A stretch of DNA of 64,000 bases, from positions 15,267 through 79,266 of the IMG/VR virus record IMGVR_UViG_3300035703_000054; one strand, written 5' to 3'. Numbering within the stretch: the stretch's first letter is position 1; every line of letters starts with the position of its first letter. This document shows, piece after piece, positions 1 through 9,678 of this stretch. A program made the translations under genes and the position numbers. The DNA is from a virus. The notes beneath the pieces were generated by a model. It worked only from the letters and a program-made list of their open reading frames with translations. It ran no database searches and was not told the DNA's origin.

Positions 1-233
1 TCTGGTTGCACTTTCTCGATGACTTCCGGAACACGCGGAATCCCAAATCGATCCGGACAGTGCAACGTGGACGCCGGATAAATCTTATAGAGTTTATCGT
101 GAGGGTCCCCGGCGTAGTTAATACCTAGAACAGTCACTTCGTGTTCTTTACACAGCACATCTAATACACTATGAGTTACACGTGCAAACCCAGTGTTACT
201 GCAAATGTCTCCGTACCAGAGAACTTTCGCCAT
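1..233 (-). CDS. GT-B (GT4-like) glycosyltransferase, N-terminal part; runs off the window edge
   Basis: Manual translation from ATG at 233: MAKVLWYGDICSNTGFARVTHSVLDVLCKEHEVTVLGINYAGDPH...DRFGIPRVPEVIEKVQP, resembling the N-terminal Rossmann domain of GT4 enzymes; absent from the ORF track. Confidence 0.65.
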   Translation of the reverse strand, partial: MAKVLWYGDICSNTGFARVTHSVLDVLCKEHEVTVLGINYAGDPHDKLYKIYPASTLHCPDRFGIPRVPEVIEKVQP

Positions 234-287
234 TCTTGAGGTATCCTCTTGATACGGGTAATATAGCAACACTGTCAATTTACTGAC

Positions 288-1808
288 ATGCCGAGCCGGG
301 AAACTTTCGCTTACCGCCGCGGCGCTCAGATGCGTGCTGTGCGCGCACAAGAGAGCACAGTAAACTCTCTTGATTCTATTTACTCTAAAGCGGCTGACGA
401 TTTTCAGACGTTTTGTACGATTCTGGACAAACCCCCAGCAAAACACATGCTGGAGTGGCATCACCACCTGATAACGGGAGAATCCAACAAGTACTTATTA
501 GATATTGCTGGACCTAATCTCGATATTCTGAGCCCTCGTGGCAGCGCTAAGTCTACTGTACTTAACTTATTTACTGCTTGGATCATCGGTAGGCATACAA
601 CCGCTCAAAGACCGCTACAGATTATCTATGTTTCTTACAACATCGCTACGGCTATTCCTAAAAGCCGAATTATTCGGCAGCTGATCGACTCTCCTGAGTT
701 CCGTAAGATTTTTCCGCGGGTGCAGCTGAAGTCCGGCATGCAATCGGACATCGGTTGGTCGATTGATTTCGATTATGCGGGTATTCCGCGAATCGGTGAC
801 GAGGAATTCACCTTGAGGGCGGCTGGTCTTCGGGGTTCTATTACTTCTAAGCGTGCACACCTAGTTATTGTTGATGACCCTATTAAATCCAGTGCTGATA
901 TTAAGAACCCGGCTATCCGGGACGAGATGAACAACAACTGGTCGTCCGTTATTGCACCGATTATCTTCGAAGGCGGTCGTTCTATCTGTCTGGGGACCCG
1001 CTTCCACCCTCTGGACATCCATAAAACCATGTTTATCCCTGCTAAAGGGTGGAAACAGGTGACTCAGGAAGCTATTACATACGATAACAAGGGGGAACCC
1101 GTCAGTTACTGGCCTGAACAGTGGTCCGCTGATTATCTATTGGGTCAGAAAGAGCTGGACCCCGTGGCTTTTGCGTATCAGTACCAGCAACAGCCCGTGA
1201 TGACCTCTGATTTGGTCGTTTCGCCTGATTTGCTCGTTAAAGGAGAGGTTGTTACTGAATTCGACAGCCTTGCAGTCGGTATTGACCTCTCCGCGAGCAA
1301 AAATGAGACCAGCGATTACACAGCCTTCGTTTTAGGGGGTCGTTTAAAGGATAAATATTACATAATCGACGCGCATCAGTGTCGCTCTATAGGAAACCTT
1401 GAAAAAATAGATCTTTTGTGCGATATGTTGCTTGAATGGGGCATTCTGACGCAACACGACGGGCAGTACATGCCTACGTACTCTACGGTTACCCTCGTAG
1501 TTGAATCAGTGGCATATCAAGCCTCCCTTGCGGCGGATTTACGAAGAGTTTTGATAAACGACAGGGATTTAGGTAATTTACATATTCACGAGGTCAAGGG
1601 ATTTCGAGGGGACAAGATCGCGCGCTTCCGCGGAACTTTAGGTTTGCTAGAAAACAAGAAAATTACGTTCAATAAGTACCGGAAGTTCGATGCTTTGTTC
1701 GATCAGCTGATCAACGTCGGTGCCACAGCGCATGATGATCTTTTAGACGCTTACACTTGGTTGATTACTTTCCTGCAGCGTCGAGGGGAGTTTTCAATTG
1801 AGTACTGA
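288..1808 (+). CDS. terL: Terminase large subunit
   Basis: Walker A SPRGSAKST, Walker B IVDDP, GTRFH coupling motif, RNase H-like nuclease GIDLS..SDYTA and C-terminal HDDLLDA. Confidence 0.92.
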   Translation: MPSRETFAYRRGAQMRAVRAQESTVNSLDSIYSKAADDFQTFCTILDKPPAKHMLEWHHHLITGESNKYLLDIAGPNLDILSPRGSAKSTVLNLFTAWIIGRHTTAQRPLQIIYVSYNIATAIPKSRIIRQLIDSPEFRKIFPRVQLKSGMQSDIGWSIDFDYAGIPRIGDEEFTLRAAGLRGSITSKRAHLVIVDDPIKSSADIKNPAIRDEMNNNWSSVIAPIIFEGGRSICLGTRFHPLDIHKTMFIPAKGWKQVTQEAITYDNKGEPVSYWPEQWSADYLLGQKELDPVAFAYQYQQQPVMTSDLVVSPDLLVKGEVVTEFDSLAVGIDLSASKNETSDYTAFVLGGRLKDKYYIIDAHQCRSIGNLEKIDLLCDMLLEWGILTQHDGQYMPTYSTVTLVVESVAYQASLAADLRRVLINDRDLGNLHIHEVKGFRGDKIARFRGTLGLLENKKITFNKYRKFDALFDQLINVGATAHDDLLDAYTWLITFLQRRGEFSIEY

Positions 1809-2745
1809 TTCTGCCCCCGTGGAAAATACTACAGTGCAAAAAGTTCTCGGCCCAGCCGAGCCTGATATGACGGGCAAAAAAGTATGGGTTGCTATAACGG
1901 CTCACAGTCCTTTAAGTCGTATAGACCCTTTAATTAACGTTGTTAGAGCTTATAACGCTTTTGTTTGCGATGTTTGCATACACGTTTATATAGATTACGC
2001 CTCCCAAGCTTGCGTTGAGGACTTATTAAAAATCCTAGAAACAGTCTCAACTAAGACTGTTGAGATAAAAGTCGCTTCTCCTGAATATGAAAATTGGTAC
2101 CTTACTTGGGCTCACAAGACTGACTTAGCTCTCGCTGTTCTTAACCGTGCTGCGGACTTTTATATCTACCAAGAAAATGATATGGTTCTCCTTTGGGACA
2201 ATTTTGTTTACTGGGCTCGATGGAAGCCGCGTCTCGCTCAATTAGGTCTGGAGCCTGGTTTTGTTCGGTATGAAGTATTTGAGAATCAAAAAATAGCTTT
2301 TGATAATTACTATCCGTATTCTCTATCAAAAGAAACACCTAGTATCTGGGGATCTGTCGGGTTCACGGTACCCAAACTTTTAGTTGTTGATCGTGAAGTT
2401 CACTTTTTTGTTCAACTAGCTAATCCCTATTACGGGGCAATGATCCTCGATCAAAGTGATGCTGAAAGTTACATCCGTTCGGACAGTTTTGATCCGGAGA
2501 AAAGCTACGCCAAGGTTGGGATCCGAAATTGGCCCATCGCGGACCGTAGTTCGTTGGGGTTGACGTTTGAAAGTGTTCCTTCAGGGTATGAGCACAGACG
2601 TTGCGTTCCTGTGCGAAAAGAAAACGGAATGTACAAATTACACTCCAATGGCTTAATCAGACACGATGATCTCAAATATTCTCCAAAGTTAAAAGAACTT
2701 CACGGAAGTTTGTTAGACTGTGATTATCTGTTGAGTCTGGTTTAA
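1798..2745 (+). CDS. Putative GT-A fold glycosyltransferase-like protein
   Basis: N-terminal hydrophobic strand VWVAITAH, DxD-like FYIYQEND motif; family assignment weak. Confidence 0.4.
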   Translation: MSTDSAPVENTTVQKVLGPAEPDMTGKKVWVAITAHSPLSRIDPLINVVRAYNAFVCDVCIHVYIDYASQACVEDLLKILETVSTKTVEIKVASPEYENWYLTWAHKTDLALAVLNRAADFYIYQENDMVLLWDNFVYWARWKPRLAQLGLEPGFVRYEVFENQKIAFDNYYPYSLSKETPSIWGSVGFTVPKLLVVDREVHFFVQLANPYYGAMILDQSDAESYIRSDSFDPEKSYAKVGIRNWPIADRSSLGLTFESVPSGYEHRRCVPVRKENGMYKLHSNGLIRHDDLKYSPKLKELHGSLLDCDYLLSLV

Positions 2746-2746
2746 A

Positions 2747-2896
2747 GTGGCTGGCGGAGGCGCTGCCTTTGTGACCGTCGGATACCAGCTCCAAGGAAGA
2801 ATCTTGTATCAAACGCTCAGCAGAGGCGACGCTTACAGGCTCCGAAAGTTTATCGAGACTCACCGTGGAACGATTTTTTGGTTCAATCCTGCCTGA
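2747..2896 (+). CDS. Small hypothetical protein (49 aa)
   Basis: GTG start directly after upstream stop; manual translation MAGGGAAFVTVGYQLQGRILYQ...FWFNPA; below the ORF-track cutoff. Confidence 0.4.
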   Translation: MAGGGAAFVTVGYQLQGRILYQTLSRGDAYRLRKFIETHRGTIFWFNPA

Positions 2897-3125
2897 AAAC
2901 GATGCTGTGCATCACCCTAAGCACTATACGCAAGGAGCTATCGAGTGCATTGATGCTTTGAAGGCTGCTTTAGGGGCGGAGGGGTTCAAAGCATATTGCC
3001 GCGGAGCCTGCCTCAAATACCTGTGGCGCACAGAGCATAAAAACGGGCTTGAAGATCTTGAAAAGTGTGCGTGGTATTTGAGCAAGTTAATCGAAGAGAC
3101 GCGAGAATCGACTACACTACACTGA
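2865..3125 (+). CDS. DUF3310 family protein
   Basis: VHHPKHYTQGAIECID...YCRGACLKYLWR..HKNGLEDLEKCAWYL signature. Confidence 0.85.
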   Translation: MERFFGSILPENDAVHHPKHYTQGAIECIDALKAALGAEGFKAYCRGACLKYLWRTEHKNGLEDLEKCAWYLSKLIEETRESTTLH

Positions 3126-3139
3126 GAACTTTTTTTATT

Positions 3140-3427
3140 ATGGATGTTCGAGCTTTTGGGGGATATTACGGCTTCAGTGCTTCCCTTCCTTACGCAAGCG
3201 GTTTTTTAGTTAACGCATCAGGAACTAACGTTAACTTTCCCGCATGCCGGGGAATTTATGTCGAAACTGCTAACAAGAGTCAGGATAAAACATTGGTTGT
3301 AACACTGGCTGACTCCCCAAGTAGTCCTCTTACTTTTCAGCATATACGAACTGACGTTCACCTGCCTCTCTCAATTACCTCTATTAGCGGAATTAGCACC
3401 ATCGATCACGTTTACGTGCTCTACTAA
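3140..3427 (+). CDS. Hypothetical protein, possibly virion-associated
   Basis: ATG at 3140 within track ORF 3065..3427; beta-strand-rich. Confidence 0.6.
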   Translation: MDVRAFGGYYGFSASLPYASGFLVNASGTNVNFPACRGIYVETANKSQDKTLVVTLADSPSSPLTFQHIRTDVHLPLSITSISGISTIDHVYVLY

Positions 3428-3654
3428 TGGCTGAAATTGCTACCAAAAAAGATCCCGAAAAGTGGGCTCGCGCAAAAGCCCGAGCACGCAAGAAATTAGG
3501 CGGGCACAGCGCTCGTGCGATGCAGCTTGCGACTAAGTACTATAAAGAAGCGGGCGGACGTTACGAAGGTGCTAAATCTTCGTCTAATCGACTTTCTCGC
3601 TGGGGTAAAGAAGATTGGCAAACTCGTGAAGAGTATGAAGAGGAGTCTAAGTAA
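3427..3654 (+). CDS. Small basic phage protein (N-terminal half of a common aquatic-phage family)
   Basis: KKDPEKWARAKARARKKLGGHSARAMQLATKYYKEAGGRY...WGKEDW; overlaps upstream stop. Confidence 0.7.
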   Translation: MAEIATKKDPEKWARAKARARKKLGGHSARAMQLATKYYKEAGGRYEGAKSSSNRLSRWGKEDWQTREEYEEESK

Positions 3655-3908
3655 TGGCCTCAAGCTATAGCAGCTCGGACTTAGCTAAGCTTTTTTCTGG
3701 CGGTAAAGATAGTTTCCGAGAAGATGTTCTCGATGAGACTACTTCTGAAAAGCTACTTGATCAGCTTTATGCGGATTCTTCAGATGGTATCGGACGTCTA
3801 GATTTATGGAGCCGCGTTTTGGATGCGACCAAGGATGATTTATTAAATCTTGCTTCAGCTTCGCGGAGGACTATATCGCCAACGCAAACATCTGACTCTT
3901 ATCTGTGA
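3654..3908 (+). CDS. Hypothetical acidic protein
   Basis: TAATG coupling with the upstream gene. Confidence 0.6.
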   Translation: MASSYSSSDLAKLFSGGKDSFREDVLDETTSEKLLDQLYADSSDGIGRLDLWSRVLDATKDDLLNLASASRRTISPTQTSDSYL

Positions 3909-4123
3909 TGGCGGATTTAGCTCGAGAAAAAGGACGAACTGAGCGGTATCTGCCTAAAGCTGCTTGGGCTTCCTTGTCCCGTTCGGAACGCCGGGCTACC
4001 GACGAGGCCAAAAAACGAGCCACGCGTGGCGATAAACCTGTAAATACGCAGGTACCTAATACCGCTAAAGCTCGCGAAGCTCGGCGCCGCGCATCTGAGT
4101 ATATTAGAAGGAAGACATCCTGA
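3905..4123 (+). CDS. Small basic phage protein (ERYLPK motif)
   Basis: ERYLPKAAWASLSRSERRATDEAKKRA; 4-nt overlap with upstream gene. Confidence 0.65.
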   Translation: MMADLAREKGRTERYLPKAAWASLSRSERRATDEAKKRATRGDKPVNTQVPNTAKAREARRRASEYIRRKTS

Positions 4124-4127
4124 GGAC

Positions 4128-4445
4128 ATGCGCACTCCTTTTGGTCAAGCTGCGAACTTTTTTGGTCGTGCGTACGCTGATCAAGAAGAGGCTGCTTTAG
4201 CTCAAGATACTGACGATAGTCGTTTTGATATATCCCCAGATTCTGATTTGAGGTTCGAGAATCCAAATATCGGTGCTGTCCCTCCTTCTTTAACTGGTCG
4301 TCCTTCGTCCGAAAGTTCCGCCAATAACTACGTTCGCGGTATGAAGGAATCTTTGCTGGAGACCGCTCGCGAGAAGCGTCGCCCTACCAACGGAAACCCT
4401 GCTTTCCGCGCCTCTGGCGGAGTTAACACCGCAGTTCAGCGCTAA
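4128..4445 (+). CDS. Hypothetical protein
   Basis: ORF in operon orientation, GAGGA upstream of ATG. Confidence 0.55.
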   Translation: MRTPFGQAANFFGRAYADQEEAALAQDTDDSRFDISPDSDLRFENPNIGAVPPSLTGRPSSESSANNYVRGMKESLLETAREKRRPTNGNPAFRASGGVNTAVQR

Positions 4446-4469
4446 TATGCTGACAGCTTTCAGGCTGTC

Positions 4470-5306
4470 ATGCTGTTTGATTGTTTTTTGTATTTTGATG
4501 AAAAAGAGCTTCTTGAGCTGCGCATAGAACTTTTAAAAGATATTGTAGATGGTTTTATAATTACAGATGGTGACCGAACGTTTAAAGGCGATCCTAAGCC
4601 TTTTACGTGCGTTGACACCATCAGAGAACTTGGATTACCGGAGGAAAAGATTCAGGTCCTCCACGTGGAGCTTCCGACACCAGAGGATATTCCTAATCCC
4701 TGGGCTCGGGAGTATGCGCAACGCGATGCGCTTGGGGTGGGTATGCGGATGACACCCCCTGACTCGGTGTTTTTCTTTAGCGACGTAGACGAAATCCCAA
4801 AACCGGAAGCTCTTCTTGAAGCTGTCGAACTGGCTAAGAAGAATCCTTCCCGTTGCGTGCGGCTCTCGATGCCGATGTTTTACGGTCGCGCAGATTTACG
4901 CGTAGTCAATCCGGAGGGCAGTCCTTACGAAGCTCCGAATAATTGGACTTGCGGAACAGTTGTTTTACACGAGCATCTAGATCAAACCCCTTCCCAGATC
5001 CGTCGTAACCCTAATGACACCGTGGTGGGGAACTGCGATGCTGGCTGGCACTTTAGTTGGATGGGTGATGCTGCTCGCATGAAGCGAAAAATTGCTTCAT
5101 TCTCTCATTGTTATGACGTTATACCTAATGCAGTAGCTCCTGCTGACAGTCAGGAAATGCTTGACTTTATCGATTCGTATCGTGCAAGAGCTGGTGCCAC
5201 GGATCCCTTGGGTCGTACTGATCATATTTTGGAGCCTTATCCGCACGAACTTTTACCGGAAAAATTGTTTAAACTTGAGAGAGTTAAGCAGTATTTGTTG
5301 CCGTGA
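4470..5306 (+). CDS. GT17-family glycosyltransferase (MGAT3-like GlcNAc transferase)
   Basis: FDCFLYFDEKELLELRIELL, TFKGDPKP, QRDALG, FFFSDVDEIP, GWHFSWMG signatures. Confidence 0.85.
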   Translation: MLFDCFLYFDEKELLELRIELLKDIVDGFIITDGDRTFKGDPKPFTCVDTIRELGLPEEKIQVLHVELPTPEDIPNPWAREYAQRDALGVGMRMTPPDSVFFFSDVDEIPKPEALLEAVELAKKNPSRCVRLSMPMFYGRADLRVVNPEGSPYEAPNNWTCGTVVLHEHLDQTPSQIRRNPNDTVVGNCDAGWHFSWMGDAARMKRKIASFSHCYDVIPNAVAPADSQEMLDFIDSYRARAGATDPLGRTDHILEPYPHELLPEKLFKLERVKQYLLP

Positions 5307-5956
5307 CTTCCGAGGTGCCGTCCGCTCAAACTGCGACTGCTGAGACGACAGAAACCCGTGTTCCCGGCATGCGTCAGCGTTTTGCCGGGTTGGGTTTGAA
5401 GAAAGCAATTCGACAGGCAGGAACGACTCTTTCGAAGCGAGAGGCTCAGGTAATTGCGAGGCAGAGCAATAAGTCCGTAGCCGAAGTTATGAGCGGCGCC
5501 GTTGATCAAGGCGTGGCCTTAGGCTCCAATCTTGTTAATAAATTCAATCGCGGAAAGCTGGGTCCCAGTTTTTCAAACTCGCAGTACTTGTTAGGGGGGA
5601 TGTTTAGGCCACCGGCAACAACCGGTGTAGCTAAAGCTCTTCAGAACCTGCAACCTCTGCAAGGGGTCAGCATGCCTACAGGCAGTGTGTACGCAGGAAG
5701 CACAGCTATTACACGAGAAGGTCAGACCACTTTCAACCCGGTGGTCCTTCCGAAAGCTGTTTTAAAAGGAGCGATGATGAATATCTCCGGGGATTTGGGG
5801 TACAGTGCGCCTACCCAAAGCGGCACTTCTGGGGAAGCTGCGGCCACGGCTGCGTCTACTACTCCATCCGCACCGGCTCAGGCCAAACGAACCACCGCTA
5901 AGCAAAAGGCTAAAAAAATGATTCAAAAACGACAAGCAAAGCGGTCGCAAAAATGA
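5303..5956 (+). CDS. Hypothetical protein with basic C-terminal tail
   Basis: GTGA overlap with GT17 gene; K/R-rich end. Confidence 0.6.
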   Translation: MTSEVPSAQTATAETTETRVPGMRQRFAGLGLKKAIRQAGTTLSKREAQVIARQSNKSVAEVMSGAVDQGVALGSNLVNKFNRGKLGPSFSNSQYLLGGMFRPPATTGVAKALQNLQPLQGVSMPTGSVYAGSTAITREGQTTFNPVVLPKAVLKGAMMNISGDLGYSAPTQSGTSGEAAATAASTTPSAPAQAKRTTAKQKAKKMIQKRQAKRSQK

Positions 5957-6012
5957 AGACGGCGCTACTCGGGTTCTACCTTATTTAAAGTTTCATAGGA
6001 TTTATAAACGAC

Positions 6013-8247
6013 ATGGCGGCTGATACTCTGGGCGTTCGTCAGCGGTTCACTGAGATCCTGGAAGCCTCTAGGACTCAAGATCGCTCGCGCCAAGCCGCCA
6101 CCATGGTTGTGCTTGGTCATATTCAGCAGATGACACTGCTGATGATTAAAAAAGGCTTGTTTTTCTACTGTGAACAAGATACATACAGAGCTAGAACGCA
6201 GTTCCTTCAGGATCTTATTGATTTAAATAAACTTGATATCCGTTTTCCGGCGATTATTCGTAATTTCCTTATCGACGGCTGTGGGCTTTTCTATTTTCGA
6301 CCAGACCCCAAACTTAAATATCAAATTTACTTTTTCACCAAAGATCAGTACCGGGTATATCACGATATTAACGGTAATATAGAAGAAGTTGTAATTATCT
6401 ACAGCTACAAGGTTCGCAACACGACACTAGGTCTACCTTCCGATAGTTATGGGATGAACGAACGGTATGTTCGTATTTCCATTACTAATGATCGTATTGA
6501 TGAATTCGAAGCTAATACAGAACTTAGTTTCGAGTTAGAGCCAGGGGCTGTCCTTACTCCTAAAAACAGCCGCCCCAATACTCTGGGGTTTATTCCAGCT
6601 GTTGAAGTTTTAAACAAACCAAACAGCAGCGGCACAGAGGGCGAAGGTGAGTTTGAGCCCTTCATGGAGCAAATTGTGCTTCATGATCAGATGATGCGCA
6701 ACATTGCCAAGAACATCGAGTTCTTTGGTAATCCGACGCTCATCAGTTCGCGTCCACGTAGTGATCTGGTCGAAGCTGCGGATGAAGGACGTACATTCCG
6801 ACCGACTATCAGTAGCCAAAGTGGTTTCGCTGGTCGGGACACACCGTCGACTCGGGTGTCGGAGCCTTTCGGTTCTGGCTCCACCCTGGGCGGCCTAAAA
6901 GTTCCTCGGGTTATTGCGAACATCGAACCCAATGACCGTGTGGGCTATATGACGCCTGACCCGGTTAACGGGGATATGAATCGTTACGCATTGTTGCTTC
7001 GTGAAGAAATTCGTACGGCACTAGGCGGTGTTGATGAGATTTCGATCTCAGCCGGTGCTACTGCAACAGAAATTAAAGGTTTGATGGGTCGCGCTCAAGC
7101 GACTGCTTTGCGGAAAAATAAAAGCTTTTTGACGTACGGTTTTTGTCGTTTGTTGGAAATGATCATCTTCCACCAGGAAGAGATCTTCCGTGAAAGCTTT
7201 ATTGCGGTAACGGGGATGAAAGCCCCTAAACCTCCTAAAGAACAAACAGCGGAAACTGTTGAGAAATATCAAATTTCTCAAAACAAGTTTGAAGCAAAAG
7301 TCGAAACAGAAATAAGGAAATCCTTAGAGAACAACGATGTTCCTTCCGGGGTTTACGGTCTGCCTCCTGACGGAAATCGTGATGTTACTTATAGATTCCA
7401 GGGCGATGTCTACGAAGATACGGCGTATGACATTAACCAGAAGTCAATCGTCGTACGAAACCTCCAAGAACTCGGGGTGGATAGCGTCGAAGCACTTAAA
7501 TATCTATTCCCCGATAAGACAGATGCTGAACGTGGTGAGATGTTGAAGGGATTCCCCTTCCGCATGATTCAACAAACGCAAGGCGCATTCCAGCAATTTT
7601 TAGTATTATTAAGTCAGATGTTGCAGACGCCACATCCCCTTGCGCCGAACCAACCCTTAGCGGCTGACCCTCGGCTAAACCTGACCGGCCTGTTATACAG
7701 GACGTTCGATCACCTTGCGCAAGAACTGACTTACTCGGGCAGCTATGAGCCAGCAGATCCCAGCTTCGATCCCGAGCCCGGTCTCCCCGGCGGTAGCGGC
7801 CCCTCAGGCAGCACCCTCGGCGGATATGGGCTCAACAGCCTACCCGCAGTGGGTAGCCAATACCCAGGGGGTGCCTTCGGTGGCTATGCCCCAAATGCAG
7901 TCGCCGGCAACACCGGTTACGGCCCCTTCTACCAGCAACCAGTACAACCAGTCTCCGTCAGCCTCCTCCCCGTCCAACCCGTGGGAAGCAGCGATGGGCA
8001 GCCTGGAACGGGTGGTTTCTCGGATCTCCCCGTCCCCCAGCCAGGCACAACAGTATCCTCAGTACCAAATGGTGCCGCAGGATACTCAACAGTACAGTCA
8101 GAATTTACAGGCCCAACCCTGGCTGTACCAAGCGCCTACGGATCAGCAGATCTCGTACAACAGCGCGTATACAATCCCGACTTCCTATCCGACTTCTACG
8201 GAAGCGCAACCCGCTCAACTAAGCGAGGAAACAAGCGCCGTAGTTAA
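6013..8247 (+). CDS. Probable portal protein with low-complexity C-terminal extension
   Basis: 744 aa, between terminase and scaffold/capsid genes; helical core with ISAGATATEIK segment; call based on position and size. Confidence 0.65.
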   Translation: MAADTLGVRQRFTEILEASRTQDRSRQAATMVVLGHIQQMTLLMIKKGLFFYCEQDTYRARTQFLQDLIDLNKLDIRFPAIIRNFLIDGCGLFYFRPDPKLKYQIYFFTKDQYRVYHDINGNIEEVVIIYSYKVRNTTLGLPSDSYGMNERYVRISITNDRIDEFEANTELSFELEPGAVLTPKNSRPNTLGFIPAVEVLNKPNSSGTEGEGEFEPFMEQIVLHDQMMRNIAKNIEFFGNPTLISSRPRSDLVEAADEGRTFRPTISSQSGFAGRDTPSTRVSEPFGSGSTLGGLKVPRVIANIEPNDRVGYMTPDPVNGDMNRYALLLREEIRTALGGVDEISISAGATATEIKGLMGRAQATALRKNKSFLTYGFCRLLEMIIFHQEEIFRESFIAVTGMKAPKPPKEQTAETVEKYQISQNKFEAKVETEIRKSLENNDVPSGVYGLPPDGNRDVTYRFQGDVYEDTAYDINQKSIVVRNLQELGVDSVEALKYLFPDKTDAERGEMLKGFPFRMIQQTQGAFQQFLVLLSQMLQTPHPLAPNQPLAADPRLNLTGLLYRTFDHLAQELTYSGSYEPADPSFDPEPGLPGGSGPSGSTLGGYGLNSLPAVGSQYPGGAFGGYAPNAVAGNTGYGPFYQQPVQPVSVSLLPVQPVGSSDGQPGTGGFSDLPVPQPGTTVSSVPNGAAGYSTVQSEFTGPTLAVPSAYGSADLVQQRVYNPDFLSDFYGSATRSTKRGNKRRS

Positions 8248-8662
8248 CCACTTCGGTATTGAAGCCCCTGCGATTCTGAATGAGTACGCCGTTACTCTGG
8301 AAGATACGCTAATTCAGCAGAACGAAAACATGGAAGCCCTCGCTCTGCGAGCCGGCGCCATGGAGCACATTCTGACTGATCCCGATCAGCTGGCTGACTA
8401 CACCAATCGTTTCTTCACGGAGGTCTACCCCGTGGACGACGAAATGGAGTATGGCTACGGGCAGCAGTACGAGCCTCAGTACGATCAGTTCCCTGCCGTT
8501 CCCGCTTCTACTACCGGCGGTGCCCGCGGCGCTGATCCTGAGTCCCAGTGGAATGGTTTCACTCAGACCATGGATCAAAACCCCGAGAACGCTTGGCGCT
8601 ATCTGTCTCAAATGAGTCCAGAAGCTCTGCGTAGCAAGCTGTTGTTCCTGGACAACGCTTGA
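7745..8662 (+). CDS. Probable capsid scaffolding protein
   Basis: Q/P/S/Y-rich N-terminus, acidic helical C-terminus, followed by a terminator; overlaps the portal ORF by 503 nt. Confidence 0.55.
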   Translation: MSQQIPASIPSPVSPAVAAPQAAPSADMGSTAYPQWVANTQGVPSVAMPQMQSPATPVTAPSTSNQYNQSPSASSPSNPWEAAMGSLERVVSRISPSPSQAQQYPQYQMVPQDTQQYSQNLQAQPWLYQAPTDQQISYNSAYTIPTSYPTSTEAQPAQLSEETSAVVNHFGIEAPAILNEYAVTLEDTLIQQNENMEALALRAGAMEHILTDPDQLADYTNRFFTEVYPVDDEMEYGYGQQYEPQYDQFPAVPASTTGGARGADPESQWNGFTQTMDQNPENAWRYLSQMSPEALRSKLLFLDNA

Positions 8663-8691
8663 GCTAGTATCCTTTCGGAGGATTCAAGGGG

Positions 8692-8719
8692 AACCCCGTC
8701 TGTTAGGCGGGGTTTTTTT
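8692..8719 (+). terminator. Intrinsic terminator
   Basis: AACCCCGTCT-GTT-AGGCGGGGTT stem followed by a T run. Confidence 0.8.
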
Positions 8720-8756
8720 CTTGTTAGAGTCTTTTCTCGAAAAACGATTTTGACTT

Positions 8757-9275
8757 ATGCGAAAGGATGAGGATGGTTTTATTTGTTTGGAGTGCGGTGT
8801 TAGTTTTTGTGATTTAAGACGTTCTACGAGATTAAGAAAATTTTGTTCGAAATCTTGCTCTTCTAGAAATCGTTGGAAACATTATCGTTCGGATATGCTG
8901 CAGTCTCTCAGTTCTAAAAAATCTCCGATATTTAAAGATGCTCAAATTTACTGTGAATTTTGCGGTGCTGAACAGATAAAGCGCTCTTCTAAACACAGAT
9001 GGTGTGATTTTTGTGTGCGGCCGGAATCTGTCAAATTTGATCGAGGTCTATTAATAAAGTATGGTATTTCATGGAGAGAATATGATTCTATGTTAAACAA
9101 ACAAAAGGGTAAGTGTCTCATTTGTCTACAAATCCCAGTTCGTTACAACGTAGATCATTGCCATAAGACCAATAAAGTCAGAGGGCTCCTCTGCTCTCGT
9201 TGCAACGGAGTGTTAGAATTTATCGAGGATTCTGAACGTCTTCAACGGGCGTTAAGGTACATTGGCTCCTTTTAA
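8757..9275 (+). CDS. Endonuclease VII-like (His-Me finger) homing endonuclease
   Basis: QKGKCLIC...VDHCHKTNKVRGLLCSRCN motif; N-terminal Cys clusters. Confidence 0.85.
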   Translation: MRKDEDGFICLECGVSFCDLRRSTRLRKFCSKSCSSRNRWKHYRSDMLQSLSSKKSPIFKDAQIYCEFCGAEQIKRSSKHRWCDFCVRPESVKFDRGLLIKYGISWREYDSMLNKQKGKCLICLQIPVRYNVDHCHKTNKVRGLLCSRCNGVLEFIEDSERLQRALRYIGSF

Positions 9276-9468
9276 GTCTGAAAGCCAGCGTAGGCTTTTC
9301 CATGCTATGTCTGAGCGCGGTGAAATTTCAAAAAATAAAGTAAAAGAATATGAGGAAAAAACTAAAGGCGATCTTCCTGAGCGTGTAAAGAAAAAAGAGT
9401 CCATGGTGAAGGCTAAGCGTAAAGCTAAAAAATTCGCTAAAAAACGCGAGGAAATTGATCGTGGCTAA
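9262..9468 (+). CDS. Small basic phage protein
   Basis: MAPFKSESQRR..., K-rich. Confidence 0.6.
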   Translation: MAPFKSESQRRLFHAMSERGEISKNKVKEYEEKTKGDLPERVKKKESMVKAKRKAKKFAKKREEIDRG

Positions 9469-9637
9469 CTTAAACCGCCGTTCAAAAGCTGCTCCAACCC
9501 CTGCAGAGTCGATTTCCGCGTTACAAATTGAATTAACCGCTCTTCGTGAGCTCTATATTCGGGATATGCAGAATATCAGCGCGGATATGCAGGATTTGAG
9601 CGCAAAAGTCGAGCCTCCTGTCGTTTCTGAAGGCTGA
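9455..9637 (+). CDS. Small coiled-coil hypothetical protein
   Basis: Heptad-like ISALQIELTALRELY. Confidence 0.5.
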   Translation: MIVANLNRRSKAAPTPAESISALQIELTALRELYIRDMQNISADMQDLSAKVEPPVVSEG

Positions 9638-9678
9638 ATTTAAAAGTTTTATACTGTATGTAACCGTAAGAGTCCGAT

